DNA of 64,000 nucleotides, taken from NCBI GenBank assembly GCA_026390075.1, contig JAPLGP010000005.1, positions 25,316 through 89,315 on the forward strand, given 5' to 3'. The position numbers and the translations under genes are program-made. Shown piece after piece: positions 1-10,858 of the stretch. The notes under the pieces are model-generated. The model saw only the letters and a program-made list of their open reading frames with translations, was not told the DNA's origin and searched no databases. Every line of letters starts with the position of its first letter. The stretch's first letter is position 1. This DNA comes from Campylobacterales bacterium. Its GTDB lineage: Bacteria > Campylobacterota > Campylobacteria > Campylobacterales > Sulfurimonadaceae.

Positions 1-1
1 A

Positions 2-2257
2 CTTTGTAGTGTCGCGAAAAAAGGTCTTTTGATTGAGCGAAGTAAGCCTGTTTTTTGGTCATGGGCGGAGAGAACAGCACTTGCAGAAGCAGAAGTTGAG
101 TACGAAGACAAAGAGTCTCACTCAATTTTTATCGCTTTTGAACTCAGCGATGAAGCAAAAGCTAAACTTGGCATACATGGTAAAGCTGCACCAGTTATCT
201 GGACTACAACGCCTTGGACAATCCCTGCAAACACGGGAATTTCACTCAATCCAAATGAAGAGTATGTACTTACAACTACGGGCTATATCGTAGCAAAAGA
301 GCTTCTAAACTCTCTCATAGAGCAGAATGTTTTAAGCGGAGATATCGCACAAACATTCAAAGCAACAGAGTTTGAAAACTTACTTGCAATCAACCCTCTC
401 AACAGTAGAACTTCTCGCATAGTTTTGGGTGAGCATGTTTTGATTGACAACGGAACAGGTTGTGTTCACACTGCTCCAGGGCATGGAGAAGACGACTACC
501 GTGTTGGACTTGTGTATGATTTAGAAGTGGTTATGCCAGTCGATGAAACGGGTTGTTTTGATGATACGGTTGTTAAGCTTGGTCTGATTCCACATGCCGA
601 AACTTTTGTTGGAAAACATATTTTTAAATCAAACGATGAAATTATCGAACTTATGGGTGAAAGCGTTTTAAAAGTAAGTAAATTCACACACTCTTATCCA
701 CATTGTTGGAGAAGTCACACTCCACTTATTTTTAGAGCAACAAAACAGTGGTTTATCTCAGTGGATGAAAAACCACTTGGCGAAGATAAAACTTTAAGAG
801 AGATAGCTCTGAGCGAAGTTGAAAAAACATTATTCGTGCCTGAGAGTGGAAGAAAAAGACTCACTTCTATGGTTGCGAACCGCCCTGATTGGTGTATTTC
901 TCGTCAGCGTGATTGGGGTGTGCCGATAGCATTTTTCAGAGTAAAAGCGACAGGCGAAGTTCTTTTGGATGAAAAAGTTTTAAACTTCACAGCTATGATT
1001 TTTGAGATGCACGGCAGTGATGTTTGGTACTCTATGTCGATTGAAGAGCTACTTTATGCAGGAAGCGGTTACAAAGCGGATGAACTAGAAAAAGTAACGG
1101 ACATTTTAGATGTTTGGTTTGACAGCGGTTCCACATGGAATGCGGTTTTAAAATCTCGTAACTATGATGCAGGTGCATATCAAGCTGACCTTTATGTAGA
1201 AGGCTCTGACCAACACCGCGGATGGTTTCAATCTTCTCTCTTTTTAAGTGCAGCAGTAGAACATAAAGCACCTTATAAAGGCGTTTTAACGCACGGTTTC
1301 ACAGTCGATGAAAAGGGCGAAAAAATGTCCAAATCCAAGGGCAATGTTGTTGCACCTGAGAGCGTTTTAAAAGAGTACGGAAGTGAAATTCTTCGTCTTT
1401 GGGTTGCTTCGAGCGACTACCAAAGTGACCTGAAAATCTCAGACGGCATCTTAAAACAGACCGCTGAAAACTACAGAAAACTGAGAAATACTTTTAGATT
1501 TTTGATGGCAAATATCAACGACTTGGAGAGTTTAGTTCCACATGCCGAGATGGGCGAACTTGACCAATGGATAGTTGGAGTTGCAAAAAAAGTTTTTGAC
1601 GACACACACAAAGCGTTTTCAAACTACAACTTTGTGCATGGAATGAGTTTGTTAAACAACTTTATCGTTAATGAGTTAAGCGGAATTTATCTTGACATCA
1701 CAAAAGACAGACTCTACTGTGACGCGGCAAATGACAAACATCGCCGTGCAAGTCAGAGTGCGATGGCTATCATCACAAAATCACTTCTGCTTTTAATCGC
1801 TCCGATTTTGACTTATACAGCGGATGAGATTATAGACAATGCACCAGCAATTATCAAAGGCGATGCAAAAGATATTTTTGAGTTAATGTACACTCCAATC
1901 GAAGCTGGCGAGAGTAGTTTCAACGCCGAGTATATGAATGAAGCAAGAGAAGGTTTTTACGAAATAGTTGATAAACTCAAAAAAGAGAAAATCATCAAAA
2001 GTACACTTGAACTTGTTTTGCATACAGAATCCAAAATAGCACTTGATATGAACACAACGGAAGCTGAGGATTGGTTCGTCGTCTCTGGCATATTTGAAGA
2101 TAAACCAGAAGAAGAGATACTTGGAACTTTTAAAGTCAATGAAGATACTTTTATTATCTCAAAAGCAACAAAAGCAAAATGCCCAAGATGTTGGAAATAT
2201 CACTCAGAAAATGAAGAATCCACATGCCAAAGATGTAGCGAGGTTCTAAGTGCCTAA
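2..2257 (+). CDS. ileS: Isoleucine--tRNA ligase (5' part outside window)
   Basis: WTTTPWT, GTGCVHTAPGHG, DWCISRQR, KMSKS motifs, C-terminal CPRCW zinc finger; frame open from base 2. Confidence 0.98.
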   Translation, partial: LCSVAKKGLLIERSKPVFWSWAERTALAEAEVEYEDKESHSIFIAFELSDEAKAKLGIHGKAAPVIWTTTPWTIPANTGISLNPNEEYVLTTTGYIVAKELLNSLIEQNVLSGDIAQTFKATEFENLLAINPLNSRTSRIVLGEHVLIDNGTGCVHTAPGHGEDDYRVGLVYDLEVVMPVDETGCFDDTVVKLGLIPHAETFVGKHIFKSNDEIIELMGESVLKVSKFTHSYPHCWRSHTPLIFRATKQWFISVDEKPLGEDKTLREIALSEVEKTLFVPESGRKRLTSMVANRPDWCISRQRDWGVPIAFFRVKATGEVLLDEKVLNFTAMIFEMHGSDVWYSMSIEELLYAGSGYKADELEKVTDILDVWFDSGSTWNAVLKSRNYDAGAYQADLYVEGSDQHRGWFQSSLFLSAAVEHKAPYKGVLTHGFTVDEKGEKMSKSKGNVVAPESVLKEYGSEILRLWVASSDYQSDLKISDGILKQTAENYRKLRNTFRFLMANINDLESLVPHAEMGELDQWIVGVAKKVFDDTHKAFSNYNFVHGMSLLNNFIVNELSGIYLDITKDRLYCDAANDKHRRASQSAMAIITKSLLLLIAPILTYTADEIIDNAPAIIKGDAKDIFELMYTPIEAGESSFNAEYMNEAREGFYEIVDKLKKEKIIKSTLELVLHTESKIALDMNTTEAEDWFVVSGIFEDKPEEEILGTFKVNEDTFIISKATKAKCPRCWKYHSENEESTCQRCSEVLSA

Positions 2258-2372
2258 CTTCGCAGAGCCAGTTTCTTTTACATTTATCGCAGTTACCGTA
2301 GCTGTGATATTTGTTATCATAGGTATTGGGATTGCACTTGTTAAGGTTGGTAAGAAGTCTAGGAATTCATAG
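2250..2372 (+). CDS. 40-aa single-TM membrane protein (MPNFAEPVSFTFIAVTVAVIFVIIGIGIALVKVGKKSRNS)
   Basis: GTG start overlapping the ileS stop; hydrophobic helix with basic tail; below the ORF-track cutoff. Confidence 0.55.
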   Translation: MPNFAEPVSFTFIAVTVAVIFVIIGIGIALVKVGKKSRNS

Positions 2373-2479
2373 GGGTTATTGCTTTAACTCCAAAAATGGA
2401 GATTCATTCAGATAGGTGTAATTTTAATGTAATTTTTAGATTATAACAGTTAGCATTAGGCACTAAACTTAAAGGAATT

Positions 2480-3241
2480 GTGGTTATGAATATATCAAAA
2501 ACAATAATTATTCTATCAATTGTTTTTACACTAAATGCTTCGGAAATAGAGCCATTTGGCAAATTTAAATTTGGTGATACAATAACACCAATTTATGAAA
2601 AATTATGTTCTATTGAAGGAATTAAAACAATTCAACTTGGTTTCTCAGAATCCATAACAAGAAATGATTTTTGTATTAGCAAGGAGTATGCAATTGAACA
2701 AATTGTAAAATCTGCTACTCCTAAATATGGTCCTATTTTGATATCAAAAGTTGAAATTCATGGTTTTGAAAATATTGCTAGATACAATTTATATATAAGA
2801 GCAGATGGGATAAATATAAAGAATGTAGATTTTGAACTCATTTTGCAATTAGGTGCTTTCAGGGAAGAACAAACAGCTGGAAGTTATCTTTTAACACAAA
2901 ATGATATTATTAAAATTCAAAATTTTTATGTTCCGTTAGAATTACAAAGGTTACAATTAAAACCTAAAGATAACAAGTCGTTAGAAATATATAAAAAAGA
3001 AATATTCACTATTTTATGGAATAAGTATGGTTATTTAGTAAATGATAAAAAAGCAAAAGAAATTTTTCAAAATCAAAATTATATGAATGTGTATGCAAAA
3101 GATAATACTCATTTATCCTTTAATGGAGATGGTGTAATTTATGATTCAGAAAATTATTTAAATAAATTAAGAGATGAAACATTGAAGTCTTATATGAAAG
3201 ATTTGCCAAAAAATAAAAATGATTCTAGTGAAAGTTTATAA
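2480..3241 (+). CDS. Hypothetical exported protein, AT-rich
   Basis: 253-aa ORF, AAGGA RBS, signal-peptide-like N-terminus. Confidence 0.7.
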   Translation: MVMNISKTIIILSIVFTLNASEIEPFGKFKFGDTITPIYEKLCSIEGIKTIQLGFSESITRNDFCISKEYAIEQIVKSATPKYGPILISKVEIHGFENIARYNLYIRADGINIKNVDFELILQLGAFREEQTAGSYLLTQNDIIKIQNFYVPLELQRLQLKPKDNKSLEIYKKEIFTILWNKYGYLVNDKKAKEIFQNQNYMNVYAKDNTHLSFNGDGVIYDSENYLNKLRDETLKSYMKDLPKNKNDSSESL

Positions 3242-3259
3242 AAATTAAGCGAGATAACC

Positions 3260-3673
3260 ATGATGTATAAAATGATAAGAATTTTACCAATGAGTAAAAA
3301 AATTGAATTTAAAAACACTGTTAGTATTCAAGATTTTTTCTTAAATGATTTACGACTTAGAGAAGATGGAGAATATTGTTACAAGAAACAAGGAATAAGA
3401 GCAAATGAGGGCTCAACTTTAATATTATTTCAATACGATAATAAGATTGTTGCTAGTGCTGATTTGGTAAAAATTGAAAAATTTAACAAAATTGAAAATG
3501 GGTATAAAGGAGCATTATATTTTAATCCAAAGTCAATTAGAGTTTTTGATGAACTTAATAATGAAGAAATTAATAATATTTTTAATACATCAATAAAGTT
3601 TGGGCAGACAAAATATTATTTAGATACTTCTTACCAAAAGAGATTTTTTAGCTATATTAAACTTCTTTCATAA
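3260..3673 (+). CDS. Hypothetical protein, possibly PUA/EVE-like
   Basis: 137-aa ORF; LILFQYDNKIVASA and YFNPKSIRVFD resemble domains seen N-terminal to HNH nucleases (by eye). Confidence 0.55.
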   Translation: MMYKMIRILPMSKKIEFKNTVSIQDFFLNDLRLREDGEYCYKKQGIRANEGSTLILFQYDNKIVASADLVKIEKFNKIENGYKGALYFNPKSIRVFDELNNEEINNIFNTSIKFGQTKYYLDTSYQKRFFSYIKLLS

Positions 3674-3784
3674 CCTATCTTTTTCTCGTTCCAGCTCTTT
3701 GTTTATCTTAAAAACCACCGCTAAAGAAAAAATAAACACATTTTGCTATAATACACCCAATAATTTATAACCATAGGAAAACTA

Positions 3785-5128
3785 GTGATTACATTAAAAG
3801 AAGCATTAAAATTAAATAAAGAAGAACTAGAAAATTTCAAAAACGATTTAAAAGCTAAAATAGAAGCGCGTCCTGAACTCAATGCGTATATTGATGTACA
3901 CAACATCGGTGAAGGTGTGCCGATAGCTATCAAGGACAATATCCAAGTCAAAGATTGGTCGGTAACTTCTGGCTCAAACATCCTTCAAGGCTACATCGCT
4001 CCTTACAATGCAACTGTTATCGAGAAGATGATGGCGTCAGGTTTAAGCCCGTTTGGAAGAACAAACATGGATGAGTTTGCGATGGGTTCAACTACTGAAT
4101 CAAGCTTTTATGGCAAAACATTAAATCCACATGCCAACGACCGAGTTCCTGGCGGAAGTAGTGGTGGAAGTGCCGCGGCTGTTGGAGCGGGTCTTGCCAT
4201 CGCTGCACTTGGAAGTGACACAGGTGGAAGTATCCGCCAACCTGCTGCATTTTGCGGTATTGTTGGGATGAAACCAACTTATGGACGCGTGAGCCGTTAT
4301 GGTTTAGGTGCATATGCTTCGAGTTTAGACCAAATTGGACCAATGACGCAAAATGTGGAAGATGCGGCGATTTTGTACGACATTATCAGTGGACATGATG
4401 CAAAAGATTCCACAAGTGCGGACATGAATGACAAAGTTTGTGATAAGTTAAATCCAGACCGTAAACTCCGTATCGCCGTGCTTCCAAAGTACATCGAAAA
4501 CGCTTCACAAGATGTAAAAGATGCGTATGCAAAAGCGACAAAAGCACTCAAAGATGCGGGACATGAGATAGTAGAAAAAGAGCTTATGGATGCAAAATAC
4601 GACATTTCAGCGTACTACATCACTGCAACCGCAGAAGCTACAACAAACTTGGCAAGATATGACGGTATCAGATATGGAAACCGCAAAATCGGCAAAGACT
4701 TGAATGACACTTTTGTAAAAACAAGAAGTGAAGGTTTCGGTGATGAAGTAAAACGCCGTATTTTACTTGGAAATTTCGTTCTCTCAAGCGGATATTACGA
4801 TGCGTACTATGTCAAAGCACAAAAAGTGCGTCACCTTATAAAAGATGAGTATACAAAAATATTTGAAAGTGCAGATTTGATTCTCTCACCAGTTGCACCA
4901 AGCGTTGCAAACAAATTCGGTGCATTTTCAAACCCGATGGAAATGTATTTGAGTGATATCTATACAATCAGTGTTAATCTTGCAGGACTCCCAGCCATCG
5001 CACTTCCAATCTCAAAAAGTAGTGAAGGAATGCCAATAGGACTTCAACTCATAGCTAAAGCCTACGATGAGCAAACACTTTTTGATGGTGCTTTGAGTTT
5101 GGAGAGAAAGATTAATTATACGAAGTAA
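3785..5128 (+). CDS. gatA: Asp/Glu-tRNA amidotransferase subunit A
   Basis: Amidase signature [31 protein letters not shown]. Confidence 0.97.
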   Translation: MITLKEALKLNKEELENFKNDLKAKIEARPELNAYIDVHNIGEGVPIAIKDNIQVKDWSVTSGSNILQGYIAPYNATVIEKMMASGLSPFGRTNMDEFAMGSTTESSFYGKTLNPHANDRVPGGSSGGSAAAVGAGLAIAALGSDTGGSIRQPAAFCGIVGMKPTYGRVSRYGLGAYASSLDQIGPMTQNVEDAAILYDIISGHDAKDSTSADMNDKVCDKLNPDRKLRIAVLPKYIENASQDVKDAYAKATKALKDAGHEIVEKELMDAKYDISAYYITATAEATTNLARYDGIRYGNRKIGKDLNDTFVKTRSEGFGDEVKRRILLGNFVLSSGYYDAYYVKAQKVRHLIKDEYTKIFESADLILSPVAPSVANKFGAFSNPMEMYLSDIYTISVNLAGLPAIALPISKSSEGMPIGLQLIAKAYDEQTLFDGALSLERKINYTK

Positions 5129-5189
5129 ATAAGTTTTTATCAAAAAGAAACTTACATCTTATGGCATGTGGAAATATTTAACGAGATAT

Positions 5190-5300
5190 ATTAGAGTTCT
5201 TGCAAAACTCAGATTGCTTCGTCATTCTTCCTTGGCACATGACGGTCATTGCGAGTCGGCGTGAAGCAATCTAAAAAGAGAGTTTTGCAAGAAGTCTATT
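5190..5300. repeat. ~108-bp palindromic intergenic repeat, copy 1
   Basis: Terminal inverted repeat (A/T)TAGA(C/G)TTCTTGCAAAACT enclosing AGATTGCTTC..GAC / GTCATTGCG..GAAGCAATCT halves. Confidence 0.9.
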
Positions 5301-5381
5301 TTCATTTCCACATGCCAAGCTTTCATCTAAACTTTCAAAATAATTATTTGAGCTTCACTTTTTACAGCTACCACAACATCA

Positions 5382-8300
5382 CTAAAAAATAATATCCACA
5401 AATTCATTTCCATCTAAAGCAGTTAAAATCTTACTGTCCACTCGGATTGCAGAGTCTATTACTACATTTTGGAGCTTTGAGATAATGGTCAGTTTTAGTT
5501 CTCTGTTTCCTTGGTTTTGTCTTACAATTTTGTATAAATCTTCAAGCACACTTAGGTTCGTGTCCAATCTTATCGCAAGATTTATCGGCTCTTGCGGTAT
5601 TTCTCTGACTTCTGGTTTTGTTTTTTTTGTCTCTTTTTTTGCTTCTTTGAGTGTCATGATTTTGATGACGCTAATTCTAGTAAACATCTCTGTGTGCGTA
5701 ATTTTTACTTTAAAAGCGACTGGTTCGTCAAGATTCATCTCTGCTAATTCATCGAGTTTGTCTGAGAAAAGCATTATCTCGATATTTCCATGAAAATCCA
5801 TGAGGTTTACGATACCAAACTGATTTCCTTTTTTGGAAGTTTTTTTCACTATCTCTTCCACTTTTCCTATAAAAATCGCCGTTGAACCATCTTTTATATT
5901 TTCTATTTCAGAGGAGAGTGAATAGTTTAACTCGTCCATTGCGCCTCTAAACTCATCAAGTGGATGTCCTGAAACATAAAATCCCAAAGTCTCTTTTTCA
6001 AATTCTAAAATCTCTTTAAGCTCATATTCCCCAGAATTTGTTAGATTGAGTGCAACACTTGTAATCTCTGCATCATCTCCAAAAAGGCTTCCTGCTGCAT
6101 TTTTTTTGGCATCACTTGCTTTTTTTGCGGTTTCTGTTATAAGTTCTATTTGGTCTAGGAGAGCTTTTCTTGAAAATCCAAACCTGTCAAATCCGCCTGA
6201 TTTTATGCTTGATTCTATAAATCTTTTATTTACTTTTGAAGGGTCAATACGGTTTACAAAATTTTCGATGGAAGTAAAATCGCCATCTTGTTCTCTTGTA
6301 TTTATGATAGATAAAACCGCCGATTCTCCAACGCCTTTAATCGCACCCAAACCAAATAAAATAACATCTTTATCTTCTTTCGTAATTGCCGAGAACTCCA
6401 AATAAGAGTCGTTTACATCGGGTGGTGCAAGCTCAATTCCCATGCGTCGCACTTCATCAATGTAACGCACCACTTTATCTGTGTTATCTTTATCGGATGT
6501 CAGAAGTGCAGCCATAAACTCATTTGGATAGTAACTCTTAAGCCATGCTGTTTGAAAAGTAACCATTGCATAGGCTGCTGAGTGCGATTTGTTAAAACCG
6601 TACCCTGCAAATTTTTCAATCAAATCAAAGAGTTTTGAGGCTTTGTCATAATCATAACCCTGATTTTTTGCCCCAGTTGCAAACTCATCGTTATACACGC
6701 TCATATCTTTTTTCTTACCCATGGAACGGCGGATAATGTCCGAGTAGCCAAGTGAAAATCCGCCGATAGTTTGAACTATTTGCATAACTTGCTCTTGATA
6801 AACGATGACTCCATAAGTTTTTCCAAGAATCGGTTCCATCGGGTCAAAAGTGTAGGTAATGGCTTGTCTTCCATGTTTTCGCTCTATAAAATCATCCAGC
6901 ATTCCCGATTCCATCGGACCGGGGCGGTAGAGTGCCAAAACCGCGATTAAATCCTCGAAACTGTCTGGCTTAAGGCGTTTGTTCAAATCCTGCATACCTG
7001 AACTCTCTATCTGGAACATTCCGACAGTCTCACCCGTTCTTATAACCTCATATACTTTTGGGTCGTTTTCGTTTATCTCATGCCAATTTATCTCTTTGTT
7101 GTATCTTCTTTTGATAAGTTTTATGGCATTGTCGATAACATCGAGCGTTTTCAACCCCAAGAAGTCGAACTTGATTAAATCCACATCTTCCAAATAATTG
7201 AGCGAGTATTGCGTTACAAAAGTAGTTTCACCTGAGGGCTTATAAATAGGTGTTTTTTTCCAAAGCTCTTCATTTGAGATAACAACACCCGCCGCATGAA
7301 TACCTGAGTTTCGCTTCAAGCCCTCAAGCTTTTTAGCAAACTCCCAAACTCTTTGTGCGTTTGAATCACCCTCTATCAGCTCCCCAATCTTCGGCTCTTT
7401 TTGAAAAGCTCCCTCTTCAAACTTGCCATTTTTACTTTTTCCATTGAGGGTAATTCCTAGCTCATCGGGGATAAGTTTGGCTAATTTGTCCGCTTGAGAG
7501 AGTGGCATATCTAAAACTCTTGCCACATCACGAATCACCCCTTTTGCCAAGAGTGAACCAAAAGTGATAATCTGAGCGACTTGATTACGACCATATTTTT
7601 CAACCACATAATCGATGATTTCCCCACGGCGTGCTTGCATAAAGTCCATATCAATATCGGGCATGCTTATGCGTTCAGGGTTTAAAAATCTTTCAAAAAG
7701 CAGGTCATACTTCATAGGGTCGATGTCGGTAATGTCTAGCGAATACGCAACCAAACTTCCCGCCGCAGAGCCACGCCCAGGACCAACCGCTATGCCTCGC
7801 TCCTTTGCAACTTTCACAAAGTCCCAAACTATGAGCATGTATCCTGGAAATTTCATAGAGTTTATGACATCCATCTCAAACTCTAATCTGGCTCTGTACT
7901 CCTCATGCTTGGTTGACGGAACATGAACCAATCTGTTCTCAAGTCCTATGCGACAACGGTAGATAAAATACTCCGCATCGTTTTTATCCGCACTACTTTT
8001 CCAAGTTCTTTTTTCATCTTTTGAAGCGTCATCAGCAAGTGGTGCATCATCTTTATAATCTATCTCAAGTCCATCATTTTTTGAATACTCTGGAGTAAAC
8101 TTGAAGTTTGGTGGAGTTGGGTCACCTAGTTTTAGTTTTAAGTTACACTTTTCTACTATCTCTTGTGTGTGTGCTAATGCTTCAGGAATATCTGCAAAAA
8201 GCCGTGCCATCTGCTCTGGTGATTTGAGGTAAAACTCATGTACAGAGTGACGCATTCTCTTTGGGTCATCGTAGAGTTTATTCATCCCGATACACATAAA

Positions 8301-8987
8301 AGCTTCATGGTATTGCGCATCCCCAGGATAGGTGTAATGCGTGTCATTTGTAGCGACTACTTTTATGTTCGTCTCATTTGCGATACGAAGCACTTGGTCA
8401 TCGATAAAAAGTTGGTCGCCTATGCCATGACGCATAAGTTCAAGATAAAAATCCTCTCCAAACATCTCTTTGTATTCAAGTGCCACCACTTTTGCACCCT
8501 CATACCCCAAAGCACCGTTTCTTACATTTCTCTCGTTTGCAGTGTTGAGATGCCAGCTTACTTCCCCTTGAAGACAGGCAGAAGTACAGATGAGTCCCTC
8601 TGAATGTTCGCGAAGTTCGTGCTTATTTATACGAGGATAGTAGTAAAAACCATCTATAAAAGCCTTGGATGAAAGGTACATAAGATTCTCATACCCTTTT
8701 TGATTTTTAGCATACAAACAGATGTGAAATCTTTGTTTTGTACTCTTATCATCCAGCGTATCGCCATTGTGAATATACCCTTCCATCCCGATAATAGGCT
8801 TAATCCCTGCACTACTCATCTGCTGATAAAAATCAATCGCACCAAACATATTGCCGTGATCCGTCATAGCCACAGAGGTCATACCAAGCTCTTTTAAACG
8901 AGAAACAAGGTTTGAAATTTTGTTCGCACCATCTAAAAGTGAATATTCAGTGTGAAGATGGAGATGGGTAAAAGGTTGTGCGCTCAT
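5382..8987 (-). CDS. dnaE: DNA polymerase III alpha subunit
   Basis: PHP HLHLHTEYSLLDG, GPGRGSAAGS, PDIDMDF, GFNKSHSAAY. Confidence 0.98.
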   Translation of the reverse strand: MSAQPFTHLHLHTEYSLLDGANKISNLVSRLKELGMTSVAMTDHGNMFGAIDFYQQMSSAGIKPIIGMEGYIHNGDTLDDKSTKQRFHICLYAKNQKGYENLMYLSSKAFIDGFYYYPRINKHELREHSEGLICTSACLQGEVSWHLNTANERNVRNGALGYEGAKVVALEYKEMFGEDFYLELMRHGIGDQLFIDDQVLRIANETNIKVVATNDTHYTYPGDAQYHEAFMCIGMNKLYDDPKRMRHSVHEFYLKSPEQMARLFADIPEALAHTQEIVEKCNLKLKLGDPTPPNFKFTPEYSKNDGLEIDYKDDAPLADDASKDEKRTWKSSADKNDAEYFIYRCRIGLENRLVHVPSTKHEEYRARLEFEMDVINSMKFPGYMLIVWDFVKVAKERGIAVGPGRGSAAGSLVAYSLDITDIDPMKYDLLFERFLNPERISMPDIDMDFMQARRGEIIDYVVEKYGRNQVAQIITFGSLLAKGVIRDVARVLDMPLSQADKLAKLIPDELGITLNGKSKNGKFEEGAFQKEPKIGELIEGDSNAQRVWEFAKKLEGLKRNSGIHAAGVVISNEELWKKTPIYKPSGETTFVTQYSLNYLEDVDLIKFDFLGLKTLDVIDNAIKLIKRRYNKEINWHEINENDPKVYEVIRTGETVGMFQIESSGMQDLNKRLKPDSFEDLIAVLALYRPGPMESGMLDDFIERKHGRQAITYTFDPMEPILGKTYGVIVYQEQVMQIVQTIGGFSLGYSDIIRRSMGKKKDMSVYNDEFATGAKNQGYDYDKASKLFDLIEKFAGYGFNKSHSAAYAMVTFQTAWLKSYYPNEFMAALLTSDKDNTDKVVRYIDEVRRMGIELAPPDVNDSYLEFSAITKEDKDVILFGLGAIKGVGESAVLSIINTREQDGDFTSIENFVNRIDPSKVNKRFIESSIKSGGFDRFGFSRKALLDQIELITETAKKASDAKKNAAGSLFGDDAEITSVALNLTNSGEYELKEILEFEKETLGFYVSGHPLDEFRGAMDELNYSLSSEIENIKDGSTAIFIGKVEEIVKKTSKKGNQFGIVNLMDFHGNIEIMLFSDKLDELAEMNLDEPVAFKVKITHTEMFTRISVIKIMTLKEAKKETKKTKPEVREIPQEPINLAIRLDTNLSVLEDLYKIVRQNQGNRELKLTIISKLQNVVIDSAIRVDSKILTALDGNEFVDIIF

Positions 8988-9055
8988 AAATGTTACCTAT
9001 ATTTTATAAATTTTATTATAGTGAAACTGTCTTAATATGACTTTTCTATTGAATC

Positions 9056-9085
9056 CTTGGCATGTGGAAATTTCCACATGCCAAG
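9056..9085. terminator. Perfect 30-bp palindrome of two inverted GGCATGTGG motifs
   Basis: CTTGGCATGTGGAAA-TTTCCACATGCCAAG downstream of the Pit gene. Confidence 0.65.
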
Positions 9086-9145
9086 CAGTTTGTGGGACAC
9101 ATTATAGTTTATAGGGTTATGCAAGAAGTCTATTTAAAAATAACT

Positions 9146-10630
9146 TTATTTCGCGATAAAACTGAGACAGTAATAAATTCCTGAACTAAGTAATGCAGTT
9201 ACTGGCAAGGTGAAAATCCATGACAGTACAATAGTCTTTACCATACTTTTTTGTACCCCGCCTTCAGGTTCTGCAACCATAGATCCAGCAACGGCACTCG
9301 ATACGATATGCGTTGTACTAACCGGAGCATGGGCAAAGTTTGCCAATAAAATTGTCATCATTGCCATTGCTTGTGCAACCGTACCTTGCATATAACTAAT
9401 CGGTTGTGTTCCGATTTTTTCACCAATTGTATGGACAATTCTTTTATAACCTATCATCGTTCCGATACTCAAAGCAAATGCAACCGCTATAATTACCCAA
9501 GTTGGAACATATTCTGTTGCTAAGAGCATAGGTTTTCGTTGCGTTGAAATGTAGTCTGATTTATCTTTGTCCGTAATCAAATATGTTTTTTCTACTTGAC
9601 CAAAAAAGTTATCCGAACATAAAATTGCTGTATGAACACTCCAACGATCTTGCGCTGAGAGTTCCGTGTATGATTTAATACCATCAAGCTTAGTAGCAAT
9701 CAAAGAAGTCGTAGCATAAACTTCATTCACATTACACTCCGAAATCGTATTTTTTACTTTAAGCGCACTAATCAGATGTTTTTCACTCACGAGCTTATTC
9801 AAAACTTCATTATTTTCAGCGTAAAATTTTGCCAAATTTTCTGCACTATCGCGAGTTTGCTGAATTTTATATTGATGTGAATTCATATCGAGTGCGTAAT
9901 AAGTCGGTAGTATTCCAATAAGAATAATCATAATAATACCGATTCCTTTTTGCCCATCATTTGAACCGTGTGCAAAACTAACACCAGCACCCGTCGCAAT
10001 GATTCCCATACGCATCCAAAAATTTGGGCGTTTTCTTTTCACTTCGTTATCTGGTGTTTTGTAAAACTTTGGATTATGAATAAATTTTCGCATCGCTTTC
10101 ATAAGCAAAAATGCAAAACCAAATCCCAAAAGTGGAGAAAGAGCCAATGCAGTCAAAACACCATATAATGCTTTCCAATTCACACTTTGTGAAAGCTCAA
10201 AACCATGCATAACACCAAATACAGTGCTGACTCCGATAAGAGATCCGATGAGTGAATGTGAACTAGAAACTGGCAAACCAAAATACCATGTCCCAAAATT
10301 CCATATAACTGCAGAAATAAGCAAAGAATAAATCATAACCAATGTCGCATTTTGATTGGATGCGACCATGATATCTAGCGGTAATAAATGAACGATAACA
10401 TAAGCAACACCGATACCGCCCAAAAGAACACCTAAAAAGTTCATTATTCCCGACATAATAACGGAATATTTTGCTTCCATTGAATTTGTATAAATAATCA
10501 TTGCAACCGCGTTCGCAGTATCATGAAAACCGTTAATCATCTCATAAAAGAGAGCGATAGCTAACGATAGAAGTAATAAACCAATGGTGATAGTGTTGAC
10601 ATTATTGAGAGCTTCCCAAAGTACAGACAT
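9146..10630 (-). CDS. pitA: Pit-family inorganic phosphate transporter
   Basis: INGFHDTANAVA, LPVSSSHS, FAHGSNDGQKG, PVSTTH. Confidence 0.93.
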   Translation of the reverse strand: MSVLWEALNNVNTITIGLLLLSLAIALFYEMINGFHDTANAVAMIIYTNSMEAKYSVIMSGIMNFLGVLLGGIGVAYVIVHLLPLDIMVASNQNATLVMIYSLLISAVIWNFGTWYFGLPVSSSHSLIGSLIGVSTVFGVMHGFELSQSVNWKALYGVLTALALSPLLGFGFAFLLMKAMRKFIHNPKFYKTPDNEVKRKRPNFWMRMGIIATGAGVSFAHGSNDGQKGIGIIMIILIGILPTYYALDMNSHQYKIQQTRDSAENLAKFYAENNEVLNKLVSEKHLISALKVKNTISECNVNEVYATTSLIATKLDGIKSYTELSAQDRWSVHTAILCSDNFFGQVEKTYLITDKDKSDYISTQRKPMLLATEYVPTWVIIAVAFALSIGTMIGYKRIVHTIGEKIGTQPISYMQGTVAQAMAMMTILLANFAHAPVSTTHIVSSAVAGSMVAEPEGGVQKSMVKTIVLSWIFTLPVTALLSSGIYYCLSFIAK

Positions 10631-10672
10631 GCAATTATCCTAAAATTTAATATTAAGCAAAATTTCTAATGC

Positions 10673-10781
10673 AATAGACTTCTTGCATAACCCATTTTTA
10701 GATTGCTTCACTTCGTTCGCAATGACGGTCATGTGCCAAGGAAGAATGACGAAGCAATCTTGGGTTTGTAAGAAGTCTAAT
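10673..10781. repeat. ~108-bp palindromic repeat, copy 2
   Basis: AATAGACTTCTTGCA...TTTGTAAGAAGTCTAA with the same internal halves. Confidence 0.88.
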
Positions 10782-10858
10782 TATTTAGTTACGAAACGAT
10801 TGCAAATTATGCCCATATATCACTTTAAGAAGTTTAAAACAAGCGTAATATTACACTT

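Noticed and set aside
5485-8897. Plus-strand ORFs inside dnaE and similar shadow ORFs elsewhere
   Set aside because: They are antisense to clear genes, with no RBS or motif support
5382-8987. Intein in dnaE
   Set aside because: Length is normal and there are no splicing motifs; only a short acidic insertion
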